Assembly (NCBI GenBank): GCA_951406725.2 | Contig: OX597818.1 | Span: 142,166,001 to 142,230,000, forward strand | Source: Octopus vulgaris | Taxonomy: Eukaryota | Direction of reading: 5' to 3' | DNA: 64,000 nt | In this document: positions 26,340 to 40,576 of the stretch, one piece after another | Numbering within the stretch: position 1 is the first letter of the stretch | How the letters are laid out: each line of letters begins with the position of its first letter | Position numbers and translations under genes: made by a program | Notes under the pieces: model-generated | Seen by the model: only the letters and a program-made list of their open reading frames with translations | Told to the model about the DNA's origin: nothing | Databases searched by the model: none

Positions 26340-27293
26340 CTCTCCAGTTTCTTTTGACCAAGTTCCACTCATAAGCTATTGGTCATCCCAATGCTATATA
26401 GTAATAAGCACTCATCCAAAGAGTGCTACACAGTATGATCAAACTTGGAGCCAAAAGGTTCTGAAACTAATTTCTTACCATTACAGTCATTCCCGAATCT
26501 TGATTTAAAAGCATTTTCCATGTCCCTATTCAGTTACTTCTCACCCAGTATCATATCAAAGAAAGTTAAAGAAACCCTAAAAAGAGTAACTAAACCTGAA
26601 TCTGGAACCAGTGTGATATCTAAACCATGGGTATATATCCAGGTTTCACTGAAATTCAACATTACACATATTTAGGTGGGGGCCATGGATTAGTTGAATT
26701 GGAAGGGTATTGGACAAAAGATATTGAGGTATTTAGTAATGTCACTTCATATTCGTTCTGATATTGAATACTGCAATTAATTACATTTACCGTTAAATAC
26801 TTTCTTTAAGTATGATACATAGATTGATATTTTGAACTAACACTGCTTGTGTTTGCTCATAATGACTTTTTATTCAGCAGGCTGGCTTATTGCAACATCA
26901 GTGCTTTTTAAATCACTGTTGTTCATTATCTACAAAGACAAATTTTGTTTTAGCATGCAGTTATGAGTGAATACTTGCTACAGATGAAACACAATGCAGA
27001 AATGCATGTTTAGCAAAGCCACCACCACTGCTGGATGATTTCCACCTGCTGCTGCTATGATTATTTTTTTTTGTATCTTTGATAATGTACACCAATAGAA
27101 GATATTGTCTTGAGAAAAATGCTGCACTTAGACAGGCTTTCCATGATGTATCTGCTTTAAGTATGATATGCAGGTTGCTATGTTTTAGATATTAATACTG
27201 CTTCTCTCGCACATAAGGACTAAAAAAATTAACAACTAAGAAACTGAGGCCTTATAATAACATTAGAAATTAATAGATTTTTCAAAAACATAT

Positions 27294-27449
27294 CAGTAGA
27301 GTGGCTGTGTGGTAAATAGCTTGCTTACAAACCACATGGTTCCGGGTTCAGTCCCACTGTGTGGCACCTTGGGCTAGTGTCTTCTACTATAGCCTCAGGC
27401 TGACCAAAGCCTTGTGAGTGGATTTGGTAGACAGAAACTGAAAGAAGCC

Positions 27450-27541
<92 letters not shown>

Positions 27542-27741
27542 TTGTCTGTCTCCCCAACACCGCTTGACAACCGATGCTGGTGTGTTTACGTCCTCATCAC
27601 TTAGCGGTTCGGCAAAAGAACCGATAGATTAAGTACTAGGCTTACAAAGAATAAGTCCCGGGGTTGATTTGCTCGACTAAAGGTGGTGCTCCAGCATGGC
27701 CACATTCAAATGACTGAAACAAGTAAAAGAGTAAAAGAGTA
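27294..27741 (+). mobile_element. SINE family A copy
   Basis: Same family, with expanded internal (TA)n(TG)n. Confidence 0.9.
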
Positions 27742-28088
27742 TATTCTACTGGAGGTGATCTTTCTGCTGGTAATTAAGTAGCTGCTAAATTGTTAGTAAT
27801 TCTCATGTGATGTGAGAGAAGACTAAATTGTGATGCTTATCCAATAGAGGGAGAGGTGTTTATAGTTGTTATTTTGATAGCTGAAATTGTTCAAGGTTAA
27901 CTTCACACAGTGGGAATTATGACCCTGCTCAGTAAACAACAGATGTGAGGTTCAAATCTTACAGAACCTCTTTTGCTTTTGTCTCTGTTTTAAGTAACAT
28001 TTCTGGATATGTTATGCATGTATGTAATCAAAATTATAATCATTTTTAAGTACTTTTTTTTTTAATACTGGCATGATTTTTCTTTTAA

Positions 28089-28309
28089 CCCTTTCGTTAC
28101 TGTATTTATTTTGAGATGTTCTGTGTTTCTTTCAATTACTTTAAATATAACAAAGAATTTAGTAAAATAACTTAGTTACCATTCAGCTTGTATTAGGAAC
28201 ATAAATTGTGACTAAGGTTTGGTGGAAGATTTTAATTTAAAACTTATGGAAACAAGACATTTGTACTACAGAATCAGAGCCGGTTTCAGCTGGGTTGGTA
28301 ACAAAAGGG
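28089..28309. mobile_element. piggyBac-like MITE family 2
   Basis: TTAA|ccctttcgttac ... gtaacaaaaggg|TTAA. Confidence 0.85.
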
Positions 28310-29278
28310 TTAAGGCAGTGTTTTGCAGCTGGATACCCTTTTGGACACCAACCTCTTAAGTTGCCTTTTATGGTATATATGATTATAGTGCACTTGTTAT
28401 AAAAGCTGGACACGGAAATACACAGCAGGTGTGTGTGTGTGTATTTATTATTTATTGTGTTGGATATCTTATAATGGGAACTTATTTCAAAACTATCATC
28501 ATCATCATCATCGTTTAACGTCCGTTTTCCATGCTAGCATGGGTTGGACAGTTCGACCAGGGTCTGGGAAGCCAGGAGGCTGCACCAGGCTCCAGTCTGA
28601 TCTGGCAGTGTTTCTACAGCTGGATGCCCTTCCTAACACCAACCACTCCGTGAGTGTAGTGGGTGCTTTTTACGTGCCACCGACACAGGTGCGAGGGGAG
28701 GCTGGCAACGGCAACAATCGGTTGGTGCTTTTTACGTGCCACTGAATCACTTTGTATCTTATGAATTCTAAGTCATTCAAAATAGGGCCAACCAAAACTG
28801 AGGTGTATCTTATAAACATGTACACCTAATTAAGTTGTGAAATACAGTGAGTGTGGACGATACACACACACATACACATAGACACACACACACACACACA
28901 TTTTGGAGGAAGTTTGTGAAAGACTAACATTCCTCATCTTAGTAAAGATTTAGCCAGATGTGACGTTAGATTTTGTGGAGCTACTGATCTTGCCATAGAT
29001 AAGGACCAATGGTAAAAGTGAATGTCGAAGAAGGGGAGAGAGAGAGGGAGAGAGAGGGAGAGAGAGAGTAAGTGTGTGTGTGTGTGTGTGTGTGCGTGCG
29101 CACATGCATGCGACCATATATGAATAGATATGTGTGAATGACCTCAAAATAACAGAAATCTCCACAGATTTAACCTGTGTATTCAAAACATATTAACCAA
29201 CTTAACAGCTTCAATATGTAATTTCTGCCCAATCTGCAACATTTCATACGTCTCTCTCTATGTCTATTTGTATCTCCA

Positions 29279-29354
<76 letters not shown>

Positions 29355-30215
29355 CTCTCCCTCTCTTTCATGTCTTTTCAATCCTGTCTGAAATATGACC
29401 AAAGTCTCTCAATTATACTAGAAATATCATAGAATACTGACTTGGTCTAACTCCACAATATAAATTATCATATCTTCCTAAACATGTTAAAGACACCCCT
29501 CTCTCCGCCATTACCACGAATATGTGTGTATTAAACATTGTCCAAAGGAAAATTAACACCAGTAAATGAAATTCACTCCCTCTCAGGGAAATATGTAAAG
29601 GGTTACTCAACTTACTAGAAACTGCAGTTGAATTTCCCTAACACAAATCTCTACCGCCTTAAAAAGACGATATCTAGAATGTATAATGTAATATTAGATA
29701 TAAGAAACCCTAAAAGTAAAAACAGAAGACATAGTCATGGCTGGAATAATTTAGATCATAGATTTGTTACTTAATAAAAGCTAAACTGGAGCTAGAATTC
29801 CAGAGAAACATTACATGTGTCTTTCTACAAAATACTGAAGCCATTCAAGAGTTAAGAACAGCACTCCGATGAGGGTAATCAGATTTTCTTAGAACGAGTA
29901 AGACAAACTAATATATAAACATATATTCAAGTGGTTGAGGGCAAACATATTTCATGTAATGAACCAAAAATTACTAATTACTAATTGAAATTACATTCAT
30001 ATTAATGAGAACAATCACTATCATAATTAAATAAATTAAAACTAATTATATATAAAGTGCAGTAATGGGATGGAGTCTGATTTTTAGCAATACAATGACA
30101 ACTCTGGCATGTTTCAGCCTTATTAGACCTCATCAGTAAAGCACAGTTTAACTGTAACGTCAGACTTTAGAGTGACTAAAAAGGACATTATATATATATA
30201 TATATATTGTATATA

Positions 30216-31168
30216 CAGGGTGCAGTGAATATATTGTCATCTAAATTATGCAAAAATGAAAATAACACTGACATATCATTTTAATAGATATATCTACCAA
30301 AATTACATAAAAATATCTTGAAATACTAAAGAGTAAATTTATTCAATAAAATCGCCATTGGCTTCAACCATAGCCTCCAGACGACTTTGGAATCTCCTGT
30401 TCCAGACGACTTTGGAATCTCCTGTTCCAGACGACTTTGGAATCTCCTGTTCCAGATGACTTCAGGATCTCCTGCAACTCTTCTGGATGATATCCTTGTT
30501 TAAGTTGGTGAATGCTGCTATAATCCTTGCCTTCAGTTCATCTTTGGTGTTATAAGGAGTTTTGCTGGTCTCTTGCTCAACTGCACCCCACACATAATAA
30601 TCAAGGAGGTTGCAGTCTGGGGAGTTAGGTGACCAGATGTTAGGAGTGATGTGGTTGCAGAAATTATCTGACAGCTATGACTGGGTTCTCCTGCTTGTGT
30701 GGCATGGTGCAGAGTCCTGTTGCCAGACATAGGATCTTCCAGCAGCCTCCCTCTTGACCCAGAGTAGCACTGCCTCCTCCAGGCACTTGATGTAGGCCTC
30801 CATCTTGAGTGTGAGGCTGTGTGGGAAGATGAGTGGAGGCATAACATCGCTATCATTAGTGATCACTCAAAACATCAAGATGCTGACTGGATGTTTGATT
30901 TTTATCACTCTCGGAACATGCACTGTCCTCAGACTGACACCCAAACACTCTGAAATGTTTATATTGGAGCTTCCAGCGCTAATGCCAAGCAGTACAGCAT
31001 GTCATTTCCAAATTTCTGGCAGATTGAATAACATCATGGTGCTGCTTTTCTCACAGATGGTGCCCAACTGTCCCTACGATACTGTGTAGTTGACAAAATC
31101 AAAAACAAACAATGAGCATGCACGAAATTGAAAATATAAAATGGCAACAATTTACTCATTGTACCCTG
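30216..31168 (-). mobile_element. Internally deleted maT (DD37D) Tc1/mariner-superfamily transposon
   Basis: TIRs cagggtgcagtgaatatattg / caatttactcattgtaccctg. Remnant YVWQQDSAPCHTSRRTQS*LSDNF...WSPNSPDCNLLDYYVW has 37 residues between the two Asp. Contains a 25-bp x4 tandem duplication at 30376-30474. Confidence 0.88.
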
Positions 31169-32490
31169 ACAAAATCTAAAAGCCCACTGTATAAATGTGT
31201 GTGTGTACCCTTGTCTTGACATCTGATAAATGTAAAGGAACATCACTGTCATACAAGTGGTGATGTTCATTTCCAGTCTTCCATGAAAAACATATTTGGC
31301 CAAGGGGAAATATTACTTTACTTGGAAACAGGTGAGAATTGGCAACAGGGAGGGAGGGCATCCAGTAACAGATAATCTGACCCATACAAGCATGGGAAAG
31401 TGGACATATGATGATGATGATGATGACGGTGGGTGTACCCTTAGCTTATACCTATCACATAAGCATCTCGTTTAGCAAACACTTCATGATGGAGACTACC
31501 AAGTCTCCCTAGAAGGCACCAATGAAATTGCAGAGCAGACAGATTGATTGAACAAATCAAGCAGTCAAATACCTGTTGTGTGTCTATTGACAACATGACA
31601 CAATTTCACTATAAGAATGGATTATATCTTGACGAATAAATAGAAGGAGTGATTTTATGTATTTCTGGTATATTTGCACAAAACACTGAATGAAGTTTAT
31701 AGAAGCTCCACACACACACACACACACACATGTGCAGACATACATATGTACATACATACATACATACACAATAATAGTGGCTATGTTGACGGCAATAGTG
31801 TCAAAGACTGACTAAGCTAATGATAGTGGTGATGGAGAGGATACTTAGGATGAGGACTGTGATAAAGACAGGGATGCTGTTGCTGCTGGTGTTGATGATG
31901 ATGAGGAAGAGGAGGATGGGATGGTGATAACAATGATGGTGCTGAGGATGATGATGATGATTATGACTGTGATGTATTCATAGAAAATGTGCTTGTAGAT
32001 ATTATTAATAATTGCACAGCAAGCTCCAAAATGAAATAAATATTACCTTTTATATAGTAACAACATAGAAAAGATTTGAGTCATAAAAATATTATATTGA
32101 AAAGTGAAGGTATTAAATGTATGAGAGAGAGAGGGAGAGAGAGAGAGAGAGTAAGGAAGGAGGGATAATAATGAGAGAAATAAGAGAAAGACACAGAAAG
32201 ATATATATTGATAGGGGAGACAGTTGAAACGAGAGAAAGACGGAGAGAGAGAGAGAATTAAATGGATAGAGCAACAAAGAATTACACAGGTAGATAGATA
32301 GTTTGATTAATAGACAGGCAGGTAAGTAGGTATGTAGATAAATTGACAGACAGATAGACATGTAGGAAAAGATAGATTGATTCATGTGGAGAAAGAGATT
32401 AAATAGACGAATAAATATAAGGAAAGAAAATAAAACAGAAAAAAATTAAGAGATTATGAGCAATAAGAGATGACGATATAGAGTGACACA

Positions 32491-32493
<3 letters not shown>

Positions 32494-32546
<53 letters not shown>

Positions 32547-32870
32547 CATACATACACATACATACATACATACATACATACATACATACATACATACATA
32601 CATACACACATACATACATACATACATACATACATACATACATACATACACACACATACATACATACATACATACATACATACATACATACATACATACA
32701 TACATACATACATACGTACATACATACATACATACATACATACATACACACATACATACATACATACATACATACATACATACATACATACATACGTACA
32801 TACATACATACATACATACATACATACATACATACATACATACATACATACATACATACATACATACGCA
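32494..32870. repeat. (TA)n(TACA)n microsatellite
   Basis: Direct reading; similar tracts at about 7470-7645, 16545-16653 and 62815-62900. Confidence 0.98.
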
Positions 32871-33852
32871 CACACAGATATATATTAGACAAAGACAAAG
32901 AGTGGCCTGTATTAAAGATAGATTAATTGTTCAGAGAAAACAGGAATCTCTTTTCCCGTGAGATGGACTCCACTACTAATCACTGGGTACTGACACTAAA
33001 TAATACTGAAATATTTCAGTTTATTATTGATTTCTCTCAATATTCTATATTGAGAGAACACAAACACACATTCATACAGACGCACACATACACATACACA
33101 TGTTTATGAGAGTCTACTAAAGTGCTCAAATTTTCAAATCATTTCTATTTACTGACAAAAGAACAGGAATAAACCAAAGTAAAAAGATAAGGATGATGAT
33201 GATGACAGTGGTGACGATGATGATGATGACGACGATGATGATGGTGATGGTGGTATTGATGATGACGGATGGAAGCTAGATGGCAGAATCGTTAGCGCAC
33301 AGGGTCAAATGCTTAGCAGCATTTTGTCCTTCTGTCTGAGAACATGTCCAATCTAAATCCTGTCTTATTTTGTCACTGATTCTGTTGATGTCCAGTTGAG
33401 ATGAGGGTGGGGGAAGAATGGCTGAAAATTCTTCTGATAATATTTCTACCCAATCAGAGCTGACCTAAGCTGAACAACAAAGTCACTTCATAGCAACAGC
33501 AGCAACTAATCAAAGAACAACAAAGCAACAAGTATAAATATAAATCAAATTTCTTTCATTTCCATTATTAAAAAAATTACATTCTTCTTAACTTCCATTA
33601 ATTTGGAAGGTGAAATCCTAGTAGCTAAAATCCCTGTTTTTTAAATTTTTTTATGAAGCAAAAAAATGGGTTAATATTTATTTTATTTTATTCTATTTTA
33701 GCAGTTTAGGTTTTGGGGGAAAATTGTACATTTGCCAAATTCTTTCCCCGATAAAATGTAAAAACTTCATCAAAACGAATCTAAAGACATTGGGAAAAGA
33801 TCAAAGTAAACTATGTAACGCTGTTGATGCTAAATTTCCTGTTAGTTGTTCA

Positions 33853-33885
<33 letters not shown>

Positions 33886-34299
33886 GCAAGGATGAGATTG
33901 GTGGTAGTGATGATGATGAGAAACCTTTTAATTGCCAAATGTGCTCCATAATTATGAAAATAAGGAACATTAAAAAAAAATAAGTACAAGATAAACACCC
34001 AAATATACACATAAGTATATTCTCTGCTTGAATAGAAGTGTGTGTGTGTGTGTATGTGTGTGTGCATGTGCATGCATATGTGTGTGTGTGTGTGTGTAGT
34101 AAACATTAGAAACAGCAATTGGAGTTCAAAAGGCATGCACATGTATACACACATGCATTAAATGGGAAATTATGTAATTGTGTGTATGTGTGTGTATATA
34201 ATTGCATGTATGAATCCTAAATAATTTATAAAGTGGTGCTCCCAAAGGATAAGATGATGATGATACTAATTAATAATAATAACAACAACAATAATAATA

Positions 34300-34366
<67 letters not shown>

Positions 34367-36495
34367 TAATAATTTACTAGATTCTAACATGAGATTTCAT
34401 TTATGTACTAAGATTTTATTTTTACTTTTGTTATTTAAAGTTTAGTGTGGAATAAGAAAGATGAGGAAGTGGATTTTTTTCATTTATTCCTACCCAATAT
34501 ATACTTTCAAATATACGGCAGGGAAATTATATTTCTGTTTAAAAAGGTTTTATGTTTCATTCATACACACAAGTACACGCATACATATAAATATATAAAC
34601 ATATATGTGTGAATGTGTGTGTGTTTGTTTTTATGTTCAATTTTACATTAATTTGATGGGTTACTCTATACTTTTGTAGTGTACAAATTTGATTTTCTTA
34701 TGCAAGAATGCTGTTGATAGTGACTTCGAAGGGTTAGCCAGCTAACTCATCATCAGACAATGGGTTAGCTGGCCGAAACTTCGAAGTCACTGTCAACAAC
34801 ATTCTTGTGTAAGTATAATATTTATATATGTGTGTGTGTGTGTGTGTATGTGTGGCATGTAAAAGCACCCACAACAGTCTCGGAGTGGTTGGCATTAGGA
34901 AGGGCATCGAGCTGTAGAAAAAGACTGGAGCCTGGTGCAGCCTTCTGGCTCGCCATTCCTCAGTAAAACCGTCCAACCCATGCCAGCATGGAAAGCAGAC
35001 GTTAAACAAGAATGATGATGATATATATATATATACATATTGTAAACAACTTGCAGATGCAAGATGAAGGCTCTGCATACTGGACTCTACCAAGCTTATG
35101 AGGTCATCAGGAGAGAATGCCTGTCATTTCAGGGCCTTTCTCTGGACAGCATTATTGCATATCACCCCCACCCTCACTGAAATGATTCCCTGCTTGCTAG
35201 ACCAACTGCTTACTAGGTTTCACTCAATATTTTTCAAACCATTGCTCATTGTCTCCAGTGGCTTTTGCCTTCTCCACTGTAGTCTAAATATCACTCATGA
35301 TGCTATTTGCTTCACAATGAGTTAGGCCTAGTAGTAACAATTCCCTTACACTGTGTTCAATGAATCCTCTACTCTTAGAAACACACGCAAGCATCCTAGA
35401 CCATTGTTTGAAAAGGGTTGATTGGTAAAGAATCTTTCAGCAACATATTTCAATACTTCTTTTTATCTCTTTTGTACTCTAATGATTCATCAGCCTTCCT
35501 GCACATACTGCTGTTGTTATAGCATGGAACTGGTGTTGTTTACCCTTAATTGAGCACTCATCAGGCAGACCAATAATTAATTCTAGGCATGACCATCTTG
35601 TTTAAGGATTTTAGATAATTGTAAATCCAAGACTACATTATCTAGTGTGAGCAATAACATTATCTCAAGGGGGCGCTGGGCATGTTAAAAGGGGTGTTAG
35701 GCCTTAGGGACCTAAATTTTACTTATAATAGTAATTATATTATACATGATAAAAAAAATTTTGGTTACTAAAATAAATGAGATCTCCTGAGTGAAGTCAT
35801 TAATTTGCAATGTATTAAGTAAATTAACAACTTTTGTTTATCCTTACTTTTTTATCGTGAAGTATATTTGCCTCTTAAATGTGGCTAACCCTTAAGGGTG
35901 GATGCTTCTGTAGCTTGTAGCTACAGTAGCATCCACTCTTAAGGGTTAGCCACATTTAAGTGGCAAATATACTTCACAATGTCATGCAGCTACTGTGTAT
36001 ACTTCGCTCAGAGATTTATTATTACTTTTTTATCTTTCCATTGTTAAAAGCTTACACAATCCATTTTTAGAGCAAAATTTATAAATTGTAATCCATGTTA
36101 AATTAGTTTAGTCACGATACTTAACTTGCCACTTAGGTGGGTGTTGTGCATAATGACTACTTAAAAGATGATACTAGGCATATCAGCTACTTAAAAGGGG
36201 AGCACTACAAAAAAAATAATAAAAATCCAGCAGTCTAATGTAATTTTTCTTTTAAGATGGTAAGGTGTGATTTGAGGGAAATTTGGCTTCTACATGTGTT
36301 AATCTAAAAATTTCATCCTGACACCAAACTTGTTGACCTTTTTCAAACTAGTAAGAAATGTTGATGTACAAAGGTTATTAGCACTGCATTTCCTTTCGTC
36401 TTCTGATTAAATACAAATAAAAGAAACATTGGGAACATATCGTTTGGAGACCATGGCTAGAATATCATCAGAAGAGAATACTTCGTTGTGTTCAA

Positions 36496-36714
36496 CCCTT
36501 TAGTATTTAGATTACTCTGTCAAATGTAAAGCCTATTAATTCACATTTGTTTTTGAATCAATCATGTATCATCTCATAGCTTCAAGATTTCGATGATGTG
36601 ATTATTTTTAGAATGACATTGCAGGGTAGGTGTGAGAGAGTAGATCTAGTGGGTTTGAACATAAAAGAAAGTAGAGTATTTGGACCAGATATGGGTGGTT
36701 TAAATGCTAGAGGG
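36496..36714. mobile_element. piggyBac-like MITE family 1
   Basis: ccctttagtattt ... aaatgctagaggg|TTAA; homologous to the 49668 copy. Confidence 0.8.
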
Positions 36715-36912
36715 TTAAGGGGTCAAAGATATCTCTATTTTTGGCCATCACTTATAACATAAATGTGACTATGCAGCTAAGAACACATTGCTCTAGGTTT
36801 GATCTCAAATGTGTAGTAGCTTCTGCTTGCATCTTCTACAATAACAATGGGTTGAGCAATACCTTGTGTAGATGCCTGTCATGTGTCTGTGCTGGTCACC
36901 AATATATATATA

Positions 36913-37321
36913 TATTCTTTTATTCTTTTACTTGTTTCAGTTATTTGACTGTGGTCATACTGGAGCATCACCTTTAGTCATGCAAATAAAACCCAGGACA
37001 TTCTTTGTAAGCCGAGTATTTATTCTACCGGTCTCTTTTGCCAAACCACTAAGTTATGGGGATGTAAACACACCAGCATCAGTTGTCAAGCAATGTTGGG
37101 GAGTGGGGGGACAAACATATACACACACACAAACACACACATATATATATACATATATATATATGACAGGCTTCTTTCAGTTTCCATCTACCAAATATAC
37201 TCACAAGGCTTTGGCTGGCCTGAGGCTATAGTAGAAGACACTTGCCCAGGCATCATGCAGTGGGACTGAGCCCAGAACCATATGATTGGGAAGCAAGCTT
37301 CTTACCACACAGTCACTCCTG
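36913..37321 (-). mobile_element. SINE family A copy (older)
   Basis: Diverged but colinear with the other copies. Confidence 0.85.
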
Positions 37322-37492
37322 ATATATATATATATATATATATATAATAAAAATAGTAATGCAATACTAGAGTATTGCTTTCCAGTAAAGAATAGCCCGT
37401 GAGGGAAAATTATACATAGAAGTAAATATATGGCACAACGAAGTACCGATATTTATTGGAAAATAGCGAACGTAATAAATACGACGCTAATG

Positions 37493-37528
<36 letters not shown>

Positions 37529-38135
37529 AGAGAATTATATAAACAAAAGTAAGAAAACCAAAAATGAAACACTTTATAAAGGGAATTCCTTAGCATGTTT
37601 GTTCAGCACTGAGTTACAGATATTTCATCACTCTCTTGACTCTGTAACAATTCAACAACTAGTTGTCACATAAAATATTGACAAAATATATAACATTTAG
37701 TCTTGTCTGTGCTTGGTCAATGGTTAAATTTTAAAGTTCGGTAGCCTGATTATATTTCTTAGGTGTAGCTATTTTCCATCACTTACATGTTGTTTGTGAA
37801 ATACTTGAACATCACAACATCTCCTCCTTTAAAAGTCATAGTCACTGTATCAATACAAGCTAATTATTTCATAGATATAAGGAGAAAAATTAGTAAATTT
37901 AGACCTCACGACAATTAAACCTAAGATACATAGGCCCAGGAACAGGGGAATCAAGGGGTGTGAGCACACGCCCTAACATTTTTTGAGGGGCAGTGGAAAT
38001 GCTTTGAACATCCTCCTGAAAAACTGGGTTTGCACTCTCTAAGCAAATTTCATTCTTGCACTTATGCTAAGATGCTGACATTGATGATGTTGGAGTTGCT
38101 TCTGATTGTGTTGATGACGATTATGTTGATGTAGT

Positions 38136-38275
38136 TTGTCCATCGATGTGACAAAGACCATCTAGTCATCCTGGGGTGGGGGTGGAATTGTTTTGTGAGT
38201 CCGCAGATGGCTAGTGAGGCCAATCTGCACCCGAAAGAGTCTTTGACTGTGTGGACAGGGAATGGTAGCACCTGC
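38136..38275 (-). mobile_element. RTE (BovB-like) LINE extreme 3' end; a related degenerate piece lies on + at about 48960-49255
   Basis: TIPCPHSQRLFRVQIGLTSHLRTH, a C-terminal zinc-finger-like motif of RTE ORF2. Confidence 0.65.
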
Positions 38276-39995
38276 TACAGGGTTGTTGATACTGATGATA
38301 CAGTTATGACAATGGTTAATGGCCATCATAGGGATGCTGGTTGTTTGTTCCTTCACGAGCCATGCCTGGCTCTTAAGTGCTGGTTTCCCGGTTTCCTTGG
38401 CGTATAGGTTCCCCACCTGGACGGGACACTGGTCCGTCACAGGTGAGCAGCAAGATGCAGGAGGAAAGAGTGAGAGAAAGTTGTGGCGAAAGAGTCAGCA
38501 GAAGTTCTACCGGAGCTTAGGTGTTTCACTCATAAACACACACATCGCCCGGTCTGAGATTCGAATTCGCGATCCCTCAACCACGAGTCCGCTGCTCTAA
38601 CCACTAGGCCATATGCCTCTACAGATGCTGGTTGCAATGATATGATGATGCTTATGTTGATGTTAGTGATGATAATGATGCTGATAAAAACAATAATGTT
38701 GATAGCAACTCTTGATGATGATGATATTAATGACAGTGATGATACTGCTGATGATGATGAGGAGGAGGAAGAGGCAGAGGACAGTGACAATGCATACTGA
38801 ACAAACAGCTCAGGCTTTAAGTTTAAAATAGAATTTCTAAACATATGTAAAAAAAAAGAGGGGGTGGGTGAAAGCTTGCTGAGCCTAATAACTTGATTTA
38901 TAAAAAGTAAAAATTAATTCAATAAACACTGCACAGCTATTCATAACCTGCCTGTTTTTCTTTCTCTATTTTGTTGTTGCTGTTGTTTTTTTTTTTATCA
39001 TTCCTGCTGTGAGTAAACCCCAGTTTGAACTTTTAGTTATGGGTTTATAGTCCTCTGAATAACCTTCCTGTAAGTCACTAGGTTACAGGGTTCTTTAGTA
39101 CCAACCCCTGCTCCCCTCCCTCGCCTTTTATTTTTTAGATCTATTCATTCATTTACAAACAATAGTAGAAATTAACAGTAAGAATATCTCTTGATTTAAA
39201 GAGACATTTAAAAATAGGTTCATCTGTACTCAGTTTACCTCCTTTTTTTTAATGCTTCCCATCAGGTAACTTTAGAGATGCATCCTGTAATCTAATGGAA
39301 CTCTTAATAGAAATTATACTAAAATCTTTGTCTCTCTAAACAGTAAATAGTATTGTGTTAGATTCGGAGGCAGTTATTTGGTTACAGATAAAAACAGGAA
39401 TTGTGGTTTCTAATTCAGGCATGGCAGTGTTGTTACAGAAGCTTGCTCTGCACCCATGTGGCTTTTGGGTTCGTTCCCCACTGTGTAACACCCTGGGCAA
39501 CTGCCTTCAATTATATCCCCAGGTTGGCCAATGCTTTGTGAGTGAATTTGGTAGACATGAACTGTGTTGAAGTCTACTGTATATGTGTGTGCTTGTGTGT
39601 TTATCTGTTTGTCTCTTCCACTGCTTAACAAATGGTGTTATTTCATAGACATAAGCAGGACATTAGTAAATTTAGACCTCACAACTTAGCAGTTTGGCAG
39701 ATGGAGACAGAATAAGTACCAGACATAAAAATAACTACTAGGGTTGATTTGTTTGACTTGAGCCAACACAGCCACAGTCCAATGATTAAAACAAAACAAC
39801 TAGAAATAAGATGTTGGTCTGTTTCAGATGAACTGCAGATGGAATAGCATCTTGTCCATTGGCCATAAGTATACTTGATCATGGAGGGCCATGGACTAAA
39901 GAACAACAATCTTCAAATAGCAATGATAATAGTTACCATAGCAACAACACAGTTCAATTGTTAGAAAATCCAGATTGTTTTCTACAGTTCATTAA

Positions 39996-40361
39996 TCTCT
40001 ATATATATAAACGGCAAAATGTCTGTGTGTGTGTGTCCTTTATACAAATCCACAATTTTTCAGTTAGAGGGCTTGCACTTTCTATGGTCATTCAAAACCG
40101 TCCAAGGGTGGTCATGCACATCTATACATTTCCCCAGTCACCCGACAAAGCCATTAAAAAATCAATAGAAGTGACTTTTTTGTGAATTTTCTATCCAAAA
40201 CCCAATCAAAATGCCCGAAACTTGATACACCAATTGAATGCCAGCAGGTTGTATGTGATTGGTCAGAGATTTGGACAGTACTCGCGTGTATGTGCACACG
40301 CATGCAGCTGTATATGCTTGCACTAGCACTATGATCCGGCGTTGCCGGGTCATAGTGCTAT
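39996..40361 (+). mobile_element. Non-autonomous Helitron, second family
   Basis: A|TC start (tctctatatatataaacgg); terminal 17-bp-stem hairpin tagcactatgatccggc-gtt-gccgggtcatagtgcta; ends CTAT rather than CTAG. Confidence 0.7.
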
Positions 40362-40576
40362 TTACCATATAAAACTATTAAAGCCTTTAAGTAAAGTAGG
40401 TTTTAAAAGATTCAGTTATGTTTAAGTCCAAAAGATATTCTTCTTTGCACTGCTGTGCACAGATTTTTCTGACAAGACATGGTTGAGAATATCTGTAAAT
40501 ATATATCAACATCGACATATTCCATATGGTTGATGCAGCAGTTTCCAAGAGTGGTATCGACAGTAGTCAGAAGTGT

